In this document: positions 40,460 to 54,717 of the stretch, one piece after another | Position numbering within the stretch: the first letter of the stretch is position 1 | How the letters are laid out: every line of letters starts with the position of its first letter | Source of the DNA: Ptychomitrium polyphyllum | Taxonomy: Eukaryota | DNA: 64,000 bases | Direction: 5' to 3' | Assembly: GCA_973851085.1 (NCBI GenBank) | Contig: OZ316776.1 | Location: forward strand, 1,054,001 to 1,118,000 | Notes under the pieces: generated by a model | Databases searched by the model: none | Told to the model about the DNA's origin: nothing | The model's input: only the letters and a program-made list of their open reading frames with translations | Made by a program: the position numbers and the translations under genes

Positions 40460-43400
40460 AAAATAGACCTGCAAGGAGCTTACAATTTGGTGCATATCAA
40501 AGAAGGAGACAAATGGAAGATAGCATTTCAAACAAGGTATGGATATTTTGAATACAATGTTATGCCTTTTGGACATACCGATGCACCCGTCATTTTTCAA
40601 CACCTAATGAATGATATATTTTGAGAGTACCTCACTGATTTTGTTGCATATTATTTGGATGATATTTTGATCTATTCAAAGAATCCAAAAGAACATAAAT
40701 AACATGTCCGTAAAGTCCTACAAAAGTTACAAGATGCTAGTTTATATGCCAAGGTGGAAAAATATATATTTCACGAACTTCAAGTGGAATTCCTTGGATA
40801 TATCATCTCTAATAAAGGACTATTGATGGATCCAAAGAAGGTTAAAGCAATTAGCAATTAGACAAGGCCAGAACTGGTAAGTGATGTTCAATGTTTTCTT
40901 GTATTTACAAACTTTTATAGGATCTTCATGAAGGACTATTCTTGAACAATTGTACCACTTATGCGATTAATATGAAAAGAAAAGCTTGAATAGTGATCCA
41001 ATGCTAAAGATATAATCCAAAGTTTAAAGCAAGTTTTTACCATAGCTCCTATTCTATCCCATACAAACTTTTCAAAGAAATTCTATCTTAAAATAGACGC
41101 ATTCAACTTTGTATTGTCAGTGATTTTATCACAAATGGGAAGAGGAAGGACACTCTGTCCAGTTGCATTCCATCTAAGAAAATTTTCAGCTATAGAAATC
41201 AATTACAAGATCCACAACAAAGAATTCTTTGCAGTTGTGGATTCCTTCCAAGAATGTTGTCATTTGCTCAAAGGTGCCGTACATTCAATTATTATATATA
41301 CAAACTATAAGAACTTGGAGTATTTCATGTTATTCTGTATTTTGATTTGCCATTAAGTTTGTTGGAATATGCCTTTATCTCAATTTTATTTTTGCATTAC
41401 ATATTGATCTGAAAACAACAAGGATAATCAGATGCTTTGTCAAGGCGGTCATATCTTGTGCCAAAGAAGAGAGAGGCAGCACACAATGAACAATATGCAA
41501 CTTTGTTGAAATTCAAACAATTTTCTGTATGTACAAGTACCATTTCAACTTTGGTGGATTCATTATTCCTTGACCAGGTTTATGTAGCATCTACCAATAG
41601 CCTTCTTGTTTTTGATATCAAACAATGTTCCAATAACCTCTATAAAGGTATGTCTAAGTCCATATTTGAGGACAATCTTCTATACTCTGAAGAACGTCTA
41701 TATATTTGTAAACGACCAATTTGCCGTCGTATACTTCAAATGCATCATGTCTTTCCTGGGGCTAGACATTTTGGATTCAGCAAGACCTTAAAACTCTTCT
41801 CTCTCAATTTTTAGTGGCCTCAAATGTGAAAGGTTGTTAAGGAGTTTGTACTCTCATGTGATACTTATTCTTGGTCAAAAAACCTTTGATACTATCTATA
41901 TAGACTTCTCCAACCACTGTTTATTCCAAAGCAACCGTGGTTGTCTATTCTATAGATTTCATCACAAATCTTCCACTGTTAAATTTTTTTTATGCCATTT
42001 TTGTTGTGGTAGATTGATTAACCAAGATGGCATATTTTGTACCTTGCAAGAAGATAATTATAAGTGAAGAGACTGCCAGACTTTTTATAAATAATGTCTA
42101 CCGCTACCACGGACTACTAAATTATATCTTATCAAATTGTAGGCCACAATTTGTATCAAGATTTTGTAAGTCATTCTTTGAAATCTTTAAGGTAGTCATT
42201 AAACTTTTTTTTGCCTTCCATCTTCAAATTAGTGGCCAATCAGAGTGAGTTTACCAAATCTTGGAGCAATATTTGAAGTGTGTTGTCAAGTATCAACAAG
42301 ATGATTGGACTTCTTACTTGACATTGGCTGAGATTGCTTACAACAACACCATTCACGCTTCTATCCAATAAATGCTATTCTATTTCAACTATGGACATCA
42401 TCCAAAAATGGATATATTACATCCTTCACAATTTGAGAATCTAACAGCAAAGGAATTCTCTACACAAGGATGGTAGAGCTTCAAACAATCATGAAGACTT
42501 AATTAGAAAAAACTCGGGAATGATTCAAAATGGCAGCAAATGCAATAAAAAAAAGAACAATTTTTATTCCAACTTGGTGAAAAGGTGTGGCTCTTTCAAT
42601 TCAATATAAGGTCCAACAAACCATGTGATAAGCTGGAATATTTTAGATTGGCACCATTTACAATCAAAAAACAAATCAATCACGTGGCATATCGTTTGAA
42701 ACTACTAACATCAACGAAGGTACATTTTGTCTTTTATGTTTCACTTTTAGAAACTTATAAAGAATCAAGTATTCCTAAACAAAGGCAACAACTACTACTT
42801 GTGGTCAAAGTCAACAAACATCATGAATTTGAAGTGAAAAAAGTGCTTGATTCACGGATAAGACGTGAAAAGCTGGAATACTTGGTCCATTTGCGTAGAT
42901 ATGACATTAGTGAATATATATGTAAGCCAACTAACAAACTTGTTGATCCACCTATAAAATTTTATGAATTCTATTGACAACATCCATCCAAACCAAAAGT
43001 AGGAGCATAAGGAATAGTGGCACAATAAAGGTGCATTACCTTAAAGGCTCTTGATGCTTGGGCTTTTAAATAGGAGAAAAAATAATTCTTAGATTATAAG
43101 TTTCTAAATTCCTAGACATGATTTAGAAATTAGTCGTTTGTATTTTGAAGTTTATCATAGTTCATGGACAGTAGCTCGGTATATTAGATATGGACAATAT
43201 AGACGCAGATACCATGCTAGTGGTGTCAACCCAATCAAGTCGAATTTGTCAACGTCTTTATAACAAAGAATAGATTGGGCCAAGAAGACGTCGAAGGATA
43301 CCTAGCAATGAATTGTTGGTGATTATTTTTAAACTTGAACCAAGTTATAAAGATTATGTAAAAGCAGAGTTTGAAAGACATTTTTACAACAAAAATACAG

Positions 43401-46400
43401 AGGTTCAGGCTTAGTCCAAAATAAAAAGTGTTGGACACTATTGGTGTCATAGACATAGATCATGCAACATAGTCTTTAGAACATTCTAAAACCCTCTAGT
43501 ATACTATAATAGCTTCTTATAATACTTCTAAATATCTCTATAGTCTTTCCATGTTTTTAGGAAGCTTCCTAGGAAAGTTCTTCCACCTTAGGAAACTTCC
43601 TAGGAAGGTTCCATCATTTTAGGAGACTTCCTAGGAAGGTTCTACCTCTTCAAGAAACTTCCTAAGAAGGTTCCATTACCTTAGAAAACTTCCAAGGAAG
43701 GTTCCAACTCCCTCGAAGACTCTTAGGAAGGTTCCAACATCTTAGGAAACTTCTTGGGAAGGTTCCCTAGACTTCCAGAACATTCTTAAGCCTTGTAGGA
43801 AGCTTCTTTAGAAGTATCATGAGAGATACAAACGTCTTAGTATAAATAGGAGGCAAGACAAGGTATTCCTTAGTCTTGCCAACACAAGTTGTGGATCATC
43901 TTGAATCCTGCCTTGTTCTAGTCTTTGTATCAAGTTCTTGTTAATCATTAGCTCTTTGGAAGCTAATTCTTGGGAAACACTTCATTTCTGCTTCTTGTTT
44001 CTTGTGTCCCTCATAGTTTGGCAAGACTACTCTTCATCTCTATCAAAGCTAAGGTTCTTTGAAGAAGATTGTGGATTACCCATCTTCTTTAGGATTCCAT
44101 AGCGTCTTAGAGGTTGCGGATTACCCTCCTCTAAGCTGGCACTATAGAGTTGGTTTCTCCTTCTAGAATAAAATATTACTTCTTTCAAAGGACGTGGATT
44201 TTCTTTCTTTGAAGGTACTCATAGTCTTTTTGTCTTTGAGAGTCTTAAGAAATGGATAACGTGCCTGGAACATTAGAGAATCGTGGTTTGCACCTCTAAT
44301 GGAGAAGCAGTTATGTTTATTGAACAACTTAGATGCTTTCATAGAAGCATTCACATCTATTTTTGGAGACACCGACGGAGAAAGGGTGGCTGAGAAAAGG
44401 ATCCAAAGTCTCCAACAAGGACAGCGTTCAGTTGCTACATATGTTGCAGAGTTTTGATAATTAGCTCACAACCTTCATTGGAATGATAAAGCCTTGGTCA
44501 CACATTTTTTATGGGACTTAAGAGAGAATGTCAAGGACTTACTACTCACAATGCCAAGAATTGAAACATTGGACGAATTCATCACTTAAGCAATAGCATG
44601 TGACAACAGACTATTTGAGAGGCGCCAAGAACAACGCTTGGAATGGCGACCAGTATATCAAAACATGGCTACCACTTCTTCAAGAATATTGGAAAGTCGA
44701 CCACAAGGACCAGACTCTATGCAAATTGATGCTGCCCAGTTCAGACGTTTGACTCTAGAAGAAAAAAAAAGGCGTCAAAGAGAAAACCTATGATTGTATT
44801 GTGGCAAGTCTGGACATAAAGTGCGCGATTGCCAAATCAAAGGATCTGCCGTTAAGGCTCAAAGTACAATGGTGGAGTTGGAAAACGAGGCTGTCCAGTC
44901 ACAGTAGGGACCATGCGACTAGACACCACAAGGAAACGACCATCAAATCAAGGTCTCTTACTACCTTCAAACCATACCTCTTGTTTTACATTTCTTATCA
45001 AAATTAAGTTGTTAGATGATGAAATTATTAGTGAGGCTCTCTTAGACACTGGTGCAACGGCATGTTTTATAGACAAGGATTTTGCAACTAAACATCACAT
45101 GGAAAAGAAGCTAAAGTACGAGAAATCTTTGACCATCATTTATTGGAGCTAAGGCATTTATGAAAGCGGCAAAGGATGAACCAATCTATGCCATTTATGC
45201 CACGCTAATGTCTAGCTCTATAATAGAAACTAATCAAAACATACCTCGTCAATATCAAGATTATAAAGACGTTTTTTAAAAGAAGAATGTGAACATGTTA
45301 CCAAAGCACTAGCCTTACGATTATACCATTGAGTTGCAAAAAGGAGCCCAACCACCTTTTGGACCTATTTATAATTTATCACAAATCCAATATAGTAGAG
45401 AGAATATATTGATGAAAACCTTAGAAAGGGTTTCATTCAACACTCTAAATTACCTGCTGGAGCACCCATTTTATTTGTAAAGAAGAAAGATGGATCATTA
45501 CGTATGTGCTTGGACTATCGAGGCCTGAATAAAGTAACAAAAAAGAATCGCTATCCATTACCAGTAATCTCAGGATTCCTACAACAACTTGGCCAAGCAC
45601 AGATATTCACCAAAATTGATCTAAGAGGAGCCTACAATCTTGTACGCATCAAAGAAGGAAATGAATGGAAGACAACTTTTTGGTCTAGGTATGGTCATTT
45701 TGAATACAATGTCATGCCTTTTGGCCTTATTAATGTTCTCGTAGTCTTTCAACATATGATGAATGATATCTTCCATGAATATCTCGATGATTTTATAGTC
45801 ATCTACTTAGATGACATTTTGATATATTCAAAGGATGAATAAGACCACAAATGTCATGTGCGACTGGTCTTAGAAAAATTATGCCAGCAAGGATTATATG
45901 CCAAATTGGAGAAGTGCCTTTTTCATGAATCCTCGGTTGAATTTTTAGGCTACATCATTTCCAAAGGATGAATCCATATGGATAAGAAAAAAATAAGCAC
46001 TATCATGGAGTGGAATACGCCAAGATCAATTCGAAATGTTCAATGCTTCTTGGAATTTGCAAACTTCTACAGAATATTCATCAAGAATTATTCTAAGATT
46101 GCGGCATCATTAACACGACTTACGGGGAAGCAAAAATTCATTTGGGATGAAGAAGCGGAAAAAGCATTTCAAAGTCTTAAAAATTCATTCACGTCGGCTC
46201 CAGTTTTTATTCATCCAAATCCATCATAGCCTTTTTATTTGGAAGCGGATGCCTCAGATTTTGCGCTTAGCTCAGTACTCTCATAATATGATGAAGACGG
46301 GAGACTTCACCCTCTTGCTTTTTGTTCAAGGGAGTTCTCAGCGGTAGAAATCAACTTTGATATACATGATAAAGAACTACTTGGAATTGTGGATGCGTTT

Positions 46401-47745
46401 GAAGAATGATGACACTTATTGGAAAGAGCTCAATGTACCATCACGATATACACAGACCACAAGAACTTGGAGTATTTCATGAGTGCGCGTGTTTTACATT
46501 GCCGTCAAGCAAGGTGGAGTATGTCGCTTTCTACATATGACTTTGTCATTACCTATCAATCTGGTAGCTTGCAAGGTAAGCCAGATGCCTTATCTCAAAG
46601 GTCTTATTTAGCTCCTCAACCTGGACATGATGTTTTGAATCAACAAATGACTATTTTATTGAAGCCTGAGAATCTTCAATTGAAAGCAGCCATTACTACA
46701 ACAAAATTGCATTTTGACGAAATTCAGGAGGATTTGAAGAATGACGTCTTTGTTTCAAATATAAAGCAGCGCCTCAAAGACAATGGAAATCCTTCAAATA
46801 GCAATGAGGATTTTGAATTCCAAGAGGGCCTACTTTATTATAAAGGACTTTTGTACCTATCTCCAGGCCCGTTGCGGTTGAAGATCCTTCAAGCACGTCA
46901 TGATTTTCCAGCAGTATGACATTTTAGATTCAATAAAACATTGAAGTTGATTGCTAGAGACTATTGGTGGCCACAAATATGGAAGTACGTGAAGGACTTT
47001 GTTCGATCATGCGACACTTGTGTAAGAGACTAAGGTACCAAGACACCAACCTCATGGTCTCCTCCATCCGCTTCCAGTGCCAAAAGGCCTATGGTTGTCT
47101 TTATCAATGGATTCTATTATGGACCTTCCAAATTCCAAATCTAAGGATTCTATTTTGGTAGTGATAAATCAATTTACCAAAATGGCACATTTCATTCCAT
47201 ACGATAAGACGGTAACGGGAGAAAAAACTGCCAAGTTGTTCTTAAATCACGTCTACAGCATATATGGACTACCAGATGATATTGTATCTGGTCAAGGGCC
47301 GCAGTTCATTTCCAACATTTGGAGGGCTCTATTCCAGTTGTTGCGTGTAAAGATCAATCTTTCTTCAGCACACCATTTGCAAATTGATGGCCAAACCGAA
47401 TGTATAAATCAAATTTTGGAGCTGTACCTTTGTTGTAGCATAAACTACCAGCAAAACAATTGGATGGACCTCTTGCCTTTGTCAGAATTTAATTACAACT
47501 GTACGGTGCATTCTTCAACAAAATATAGTCCATTCTTTGCAAACTATGGCCATCATCCTCGAACAGATCCATTTCAAGTGAAGCATGTTGGAAATCCTGC
47601 AGCAGAGGATTTTGCAATTCAATTTGCTAAAATCCATCAAGAAATTACCTTCCAGTTACAACAAGCTCAAGATTGTTACAAAATTTATGCAAATCGCCAT
47701 CCAAAGGACCATCTAAAGTTCAGGGTTGGAGATAGCGTATGGCCC

Positions 47746-50700
47746 TGTCGCAACCCTTGTAATGCACCTTAGCAAGCATCACGCGCGTCAACCCTGTACA
47801 CCCCCACATGCACATGGTTAACCCCCATTCTCATTTTTCAAGTCTTTCTACCATTTCTCTTAAGACACCCAATTGAATGGTAGCCAATGGTTAGGTGTGA
47901 ACTTTCATTCATGTCCAAAGCCTCACTTGGTGTTACTTCCATTCCACACGGCCTAACCGCACTTAGTGGTGTCTCCTCACCACCACTCATGATGCCCAAA
48001 TGATCTTAAGATCACCCCGGGCCATCATGGTGCCGGCGTGAAGACACCATCCCAATTTAGTAGTAACAAGCGTACTCTTTTGAACGTGCTAGTTCCCTTC
48101 GTGAAACCGGCCGTCCACCGGCTCACAATGGTGTGGGAGTCCCCGTGGTGAAGCCCCAACACTAGCTCCACCAACCGGGACTCACCCTTGGTCTCTACCG
48201 AGACACTAGGGGAATAGGGAGGAGGACCAGCCCTCCCTTATAGTACTCTCTATGGGATTCGGCAGGCCCCCTGGCCCTCTGGAGCTGGCTGAACCCCGAC
48301 ACACCTAGAGTTTTGGAAGACCACCCGATCTCCCTTGGGACTTAGTCGCTGGAAGCCTCCGGGACTCCGAGCGGACCTTCAGGGCGCCAAATCTTCCTCA
48401 TCCGGCGCCCGAATGTATTAAGCAACCACTCTATCGTCATCTACTCTTTGCGTAGATGCCGATAGATTCCTCAAACGTCCGGTTTGAGTTAGTATTTTGG
48501 GAGATACGCCTCTCCCAAGGTTTGAGATTCCCAGGGAGTCCCTCCCTGGACTGTTCCACTCCAGCACAGTCACTGTGTAGGGCTGCCACACTCCATAACA
48601 GCCCCTTGGCAACCCCAACTTTGGGATGCCATAACTTTTAGCTCCCATGTCCAATTTGGGCAATCCTTAGCATTCTAGAATCAGCTCTTTGTGATTCCTC
48701 CAATGCCCTTGATGTATCCCTTGTGGCCCTCGGTCTACATGGGCAAGGATGTTTCTCCCCTTAGGGGTCCTTCCCATGTTAGGCCCACTCGGTTCTCCTC
48801 ACTATCGGCGCAACAAGTCTTAGACATCACTTCGGGGTCCCCCTTGTGCCCTTAGTGTTGCGGGCACTCCTCAAGGAGATGTGCGCGACACTCACTTCCA
48901 CCCAAATGGAGTCGATGCCCTCATCGACTATACTTGTAGTCGGCACACCAATTCCAAGGTTGCCATCCTCTAGTGGTGCAGCATTGTGTTTCATCCAGGG
49001 TGCGACCCCCACAATGCACTCATAAGTCTTTGGCAATGTCTCAAAGGTGTCGTTTAGGAAGTGGTCTGTTTAGGCACCCTAGACAAAAATCTTTGGGGCC
49101 CTAAACTATTCTAGACCTACCTACTTTGAGACCCTCTTGGGATACACTCCTTAGTTAGGCTACACTTCCCTAACTCTTTCTTTTTGACTAAGCTGGACCT
49201 CAATGCTCCACCAAGTTGTCTTGGTTGCAAACCCAAGGTGGCTTTTATTCCACGACTTGATCGCACGGGGGTAATGCCAAGTTCCGCCCAACCTGGAACC
49301 TACTATCTCTATTGAGACATGGGTTCATGACTCCCATGCACTAACTTTTGTTAGTTTGTAGGAGTGGCGCTTTTATGAGCACGCGCCATTACCTTGTCCT
49401 CGCCCGAACAAGCCCGAGGCGAGGAGGTTTCATGGTTTTAACGATTCCTTCTCCCAGCCTTGGTCCCCATTACTCGGCCTTTCCAACTTGGTTTCACATG
49501 TCTATTCCCCCCCTTCTACCAACTTAGCACAAGCACAAGACTAGGACGTCATCTTATACTCTTCTCTTTGCACACACAAAACTTGAACTTTATTGCCATA
49601 AGTCAAAGAACCAATACATGATGTGAAGAAGTTACTGCTACAAGCCTCTCTTTCCCTACTAAAAGAGATTGATGTCCTCATCAATGCCGACGTTGTCTTT
49701 TGTTGGAGTTCCTATCCCTTTCAAAGCGCTCCACCACTTCATTGGCATTTCCCAAGTCCTTGGCTGCTACCCAAGTTGCTTCCTTCTCATGGTACCCTCT
49801 CCACTTCACCAAATACTCTTTTCCTACTTTCTTGTGGTGCTTACACTTGAGAATTCCGTATTCTAAGTGGTCTCCCACCAAATCCGGCGGTGGCCAAATC
49901 ACTTGTTTGCGATTGGGTCACAAGGTATCTTTTTTGAATGGCTTAAGGAGTGAGACATGAAATGTTGGGTGCACTTTGATTTCGGGTGGTAGCTCCAACT
50001 TGTACACATCTTTAAACATCCGCTCCACAATGGAAAACGGCCCCGCAAACTTGGACATGAACTTTGGAGTGAGGCCTTCGGGCAGGCTAAAGTTCTTCAC
50101 ATTCAACAATACCTTTTGGCCTACTTCATACTCTACTTCACGTCTCCCGGCATTGACTTGTTTCTCGTACCGCTTTTGTGCCTTTTCCAACAAAAGCTTG
50201 GTCTTCTCAAACATCTGTTCTTGCTTTTTGGCCAAGTCCTCTCCATCTTGGTTAAACTCTAATGCTGAATGTGCCCCTTCAAAAGCTAAGTCGGCAGGCT
50301 GGAGTGGCTCCACTCCATAGGCCACCTTAAATGGCGACTGCTTTGTCGCCAAATGGTTGGCCGCATTGTAACTGAACTCCGCAAGACTCACATATTCCAC
50401 TCAATCGCACTAATCCGCACTCACAAAGTTCCTCAAGTATTGGTTCAAGACTCCATTCACTCGTTCCGTTTGCCCATCCGTTTGCGGATGGAAGGCAGTG
50501 CTAAAAATCAATTTGGTTCCAACTTTTCTAAAGAAATGTTTCCAAAAAGCACTAGTGAATTTTGGATCTTGGTCCGACACAATCGCTTTTGGCAACCCGT
50601 GGTGTTTCCACCATGCATCGAGGAATAGCTTTGCGGTCTCATGTGCAGTTACGGTTCCTCTAGTGGGCACCATGTGCGCCAACTTGCTAAAGCGATCCAC

Positions 50701-53700
50701 CATCACAAAGATGGCATCATACCCGTGCGAATCCGGAAGACTTATGATGAAGTCCATGGACACGCTATGCCAGGGACCCGGCGGAATTGGCAAAGGTTGT
50801 AGTAGACCGGCTTGCTTTTTATAAGAAGCTCTATTCAGCTGGCACTTCACACAAGTTTTCACAAAGTCGATGATGTCCGCTTTCATGCCCGGCCAATATT
50901 ACCTTCTTGACACCGCCGCTATGGTGGTTTTTTCCCCTCTATGGCCGGCTATGGGACTATTGTGTTCTTCTTTCAAAACCAACAACCATAAATTTCCTTG
51001 AGGCACATACACCCGACTTTGTTTATACTTGAGCAATCCCTTCTCCAACTTAATTTCCTTAAGTTTCTTACCTTTCTTAAGCTTGCCGAGAAGCCTTTGT
51101 GCTTCGGAGTCCTTCATGTACCCCTCTCTTATCTTCCTTTCCAAATTGCCTTCTCCCTTGTACATTACTCGCAGGACTTGGGTTGTGCCCATCGCTTGCA
51201 ACTCCTCCCGCCTACTTAGAGCATCCGCCACTACATTGTCACGCCCCAGCTTGTGGATCAAATCCACATTCATGAGTGCTAAGGTGTCATGCCACCTCAA
51301 TTGTTTTGCACTCATTTGTGCTTGCGACTCAAAGTACTTCAAGGACACGTTGTCCGTGTAGACTCTGGTTTTATGTAGGCCCAAGTAATGCTGCCATGTT
51401 TTCAAACAATGCACTATAGCAAAGAGTTCTTTCTCGTGCGTGGGCCACCTCTTCTGGCACCCATCCAACTTTCTGCTCTCATAGGCAATTGGCATGCCTT
51501 CTTGCATGAGCACTCCGCCAATGGCAAAGTCACTTGCATCCGTGTGGACCTCAAAGGGCTTTTCAAACTCGGGAAACTTCAATACCGGCGGTTGTGACAA
51601 CTTATCCTTGAGTTCTTTAAAAGCTTGGTGACAAAATCCATCCCATATTTGGCTAGCTCCTTTCTTCAACAAGTCGGACAAAGGTCTAGCAATTTTGGAG
51701 AAGTTGCGTATGAACCTCCTATAATAATTTGCTAGGCCAAGGAATGATCTAAGCCCCTTTTGTATAGAAGGTTGTATCCACTTTCTAATTTCCTTTATCT
51801 TCCTTGGCACTTGGCCTATTCCCCTCATCTTGCTCCATTCGCATCACAACCACAAATTGATTATTCTCTAGTTCTTTGAAAGAGACTAAGTTCAACTTGC
51901 CTCCAGCAACCATAGGGGTCCTAGTCAACTTCAATATTGTCTCCTTCCCACCACGGCGCACTACTAACCGTGCTGGCTTTCGCTTCACATCCACCACATG
52001 AGTTTCGAAAAAGGTATCACCTAAAATGAGGTCTACCTCATCCATCTCACATAGTGTAAAACTTTCCTTCAACTCCAATGTTCCACTGCTTAAGGCCACA
52101 TCCAACATCACCTTCTTTGTCTCGTACGGTTTGCCTTTTGCAAATCGCACGTTGATGGGCTTGCTAGCTTTTTGAGCCGACAAGCCCAACTCCCTTGCTA
52201 GCTTGGGACTCATAAAGGAGTGCGTTGCCCCTGTGTCAATCAAACATGAAACATTTTTGCCATTTATTTGGGCCTCAAGGTATAAGAGACTCGACCTTGG
52301 CTTAAGGCTACTAGCCTTGGCCACAAATCCACCTTCTAAAATGTGATCCACAATACAAGTGTGACAAGCTTTGGTACTCACCTTTTTATTGGGGCACTCC
52401 GTAATGAAGTGACCAATCTTACCTCACCCATGGCAACGCTTGTGCTTCACCTCAGCACTCTTATCTCCCAATTTGAATGGTTTTCTCTCATGATGGTCCA
52501 CTTTGTTGTAGGCCCTTCCATCTACTTGTCCCTTGTGTTTGTTTCCAAAGCCAAATTTCTTGCATTCTCTGCCGCGAGATACATTTCGGCTCAATCCACT
52601 TTGTTGAGAGGGACCACTTGATTTTCTTTCGGGATTGTCGGCTTCAAGTCTTTCCGCGATCTTAATGATTCCCGCCACGTCCTTTGGAAGCTTTGGAAAC
52701 TTGAACAAGGCGTCCACCACCCACTTTTGAAGGCCATCCAAAAAGATGCATTTCTTTGAAAACTCATCCATTTTGAATGTCGCATTCATTTGGGCGTTGA
52801 AATCTCGCACATAAGTCTTGAGCGACTCGGTGTGCCTCATTTGCACGAAGTTCATGCCCTCCCTCAACTCTTGGTATTCCAGAGTGAAGCGTTCACTCAA
52901 AATCTCTTTAAAATTGACCCAAGACAAAGTTGCCACCAACTCCGGTTCTTGCTCTTTTTTACTTGTCCACCATTGAAGAGCATGGTCTTTCAAAAAGGTC
53001 ACCGCAATTGAAACTTTGTCCACCTCCTCCGGCTTTTGATCATAATAGTTGTCCATTTCCAAAAGAAACTCCTTCACCTTCCTGGCCTTGTCTAGCCCAG
53101 AAAAAGTGCTGGGCATGTTTATTTTGGCCAACTTCTTGGTCGAAGATGGGGACCTGGAACCTTGTGCCATCAAGTGCTCAATCAACCTCTCTTGACGAGT
53201 CCTTTCTTCTTTGCCACGCTTGAGTTCTTGGTTTACACCGTCCATGAACTCGAGCATTTTCATACGAAAACTTAAGTCAGGATCTTGACTCTCTAGGCCC
53301 TCAGGTGGCTCAGGAATCCTAACTCCTGAGTACTCTCCACCCTCCAACGCTTCGTCTTGTTGAATTTCCTCAACTTCTTCGGTGACTCCAATGTCATTCC
53401 CTTGCTCATTGGAATCAAAGGATGGAGCCTCATTAACGGATCAGGGTCTTTGTTCACCCTCGTGCGTGGTCGCTTAGAGTCCCCGGGCTCACCGCCATCA
53501 CCGGATTTCTTCTTACCCATCGCCTCCTCGCACCGTAGCACTTGGATACTCAAAGCCTGCTCTGATACCAAATGTCGCAACCCTTGCAATGCACCTTAGC
53601 AAGCGTCACGCGCGTCAACCCTGTACACCCCCACATGCACATGGTTAACCCCCATTATCACTTTCCAAGTCTTTCTACCATTTCTCTTAAGACATCCAAT

Positions 53701-54717
53701 TGAATGGTAGCCAATGGTTAGGTGTGAACTTTCATTCATGTCCAAAGCCTCACTTGGTGTTACTCCCATTCCACACGGCCTAACCGCACTTAGTGGTGTC
53801 TCCTTACCACCACTCATGATGCCCAAATGATCTTAAGATCACCCCGGGCCATCATGGTGCCGGCGTGAAGACACCATCCCAATTTAGTAGTAACAAGCGT
53901 ACTCTTTTGAACGTGCTAGTTCCCTTCGTGAAACCGGCCGTCCACCGGCTCACAATGGTGTGGGAGTCCCCGTGGTGAAGCCCCAACACTAGCTCCACCA
54001 ACCGGGACTCACCCTTGGTCTCTACCGAGACACTAGGGGAATAGGGAGGAGGACCAGCCCTCCCTTATAGTACTCTCTATGGGATTCGGCAGGCCCCCTG
54101 GCCCTCTGGAGCTGGCTGAACCCCGACACACCTAGAGTTTTGGAAGACCACCCGATCTCCCTTGGGACTTAGTCGCTGGAAGCCTCCGGGACTCCGAGCG
54201 GACCTTCAGGGCGCCAAATCTTCCTCATCCGGCGCCCGAATGTATTAAGCAACCACTCTATCGTCATCTACTCTTTGCGTAGATGCCGATAGATTCCTCA
54301 AACGTCCGGTTTGAGTTAGTATTTTGGGAGATACGCCTCTCCCAAGGTTTGAGATTCCCGGGGAGTCCCTCCCTGGACTGTTCCACTCCAGCACAGTCAC
54401 TGTGTAGGGCTGCCACACTCCATAACAGCCCCTTGGCAACCCCAACTTTGGGATGCCATAACTTTTAGCTCCCATGTCCAATTTGGGCAATCCTTAGCAT
54501 TCTAGAATCAGCTCTTTGTGATTCCTCCAATGCCCTTGATGTATCCCTTGTGGCCCTCGGTCTACATGGGCAAGGATGTTTCTCCCCTTAGGGGTCCTTC
54601 CCATGTTAGGCCCACTCGGTTCTCCTCACTATCGGTGCAACAAGTCTTAGACATCACTTCGGGGTTTCCCTTGTGCCCTTAGTGTTGCGGGCACTCCTCA
54701 GAAAGAGGTGCGCGACA
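47746..54717 (-). mobile_element. Younger Ty3/gypsy chromovirus (family C), tRNA-Met primed, RT core missing
   Basis: 1145-bp LTRs 53573-54717 (5') and 47746-48890 (3'); PBS tggtatcagagc at 53570-53559; PPT gggtggaagtgag. Gag 53347-52424, protease (LIDTGA) 52381-51785, RNaseH 51828-50899, integrase 50886-49918, chromodomain 49902-49681. Confidence 0.93.
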
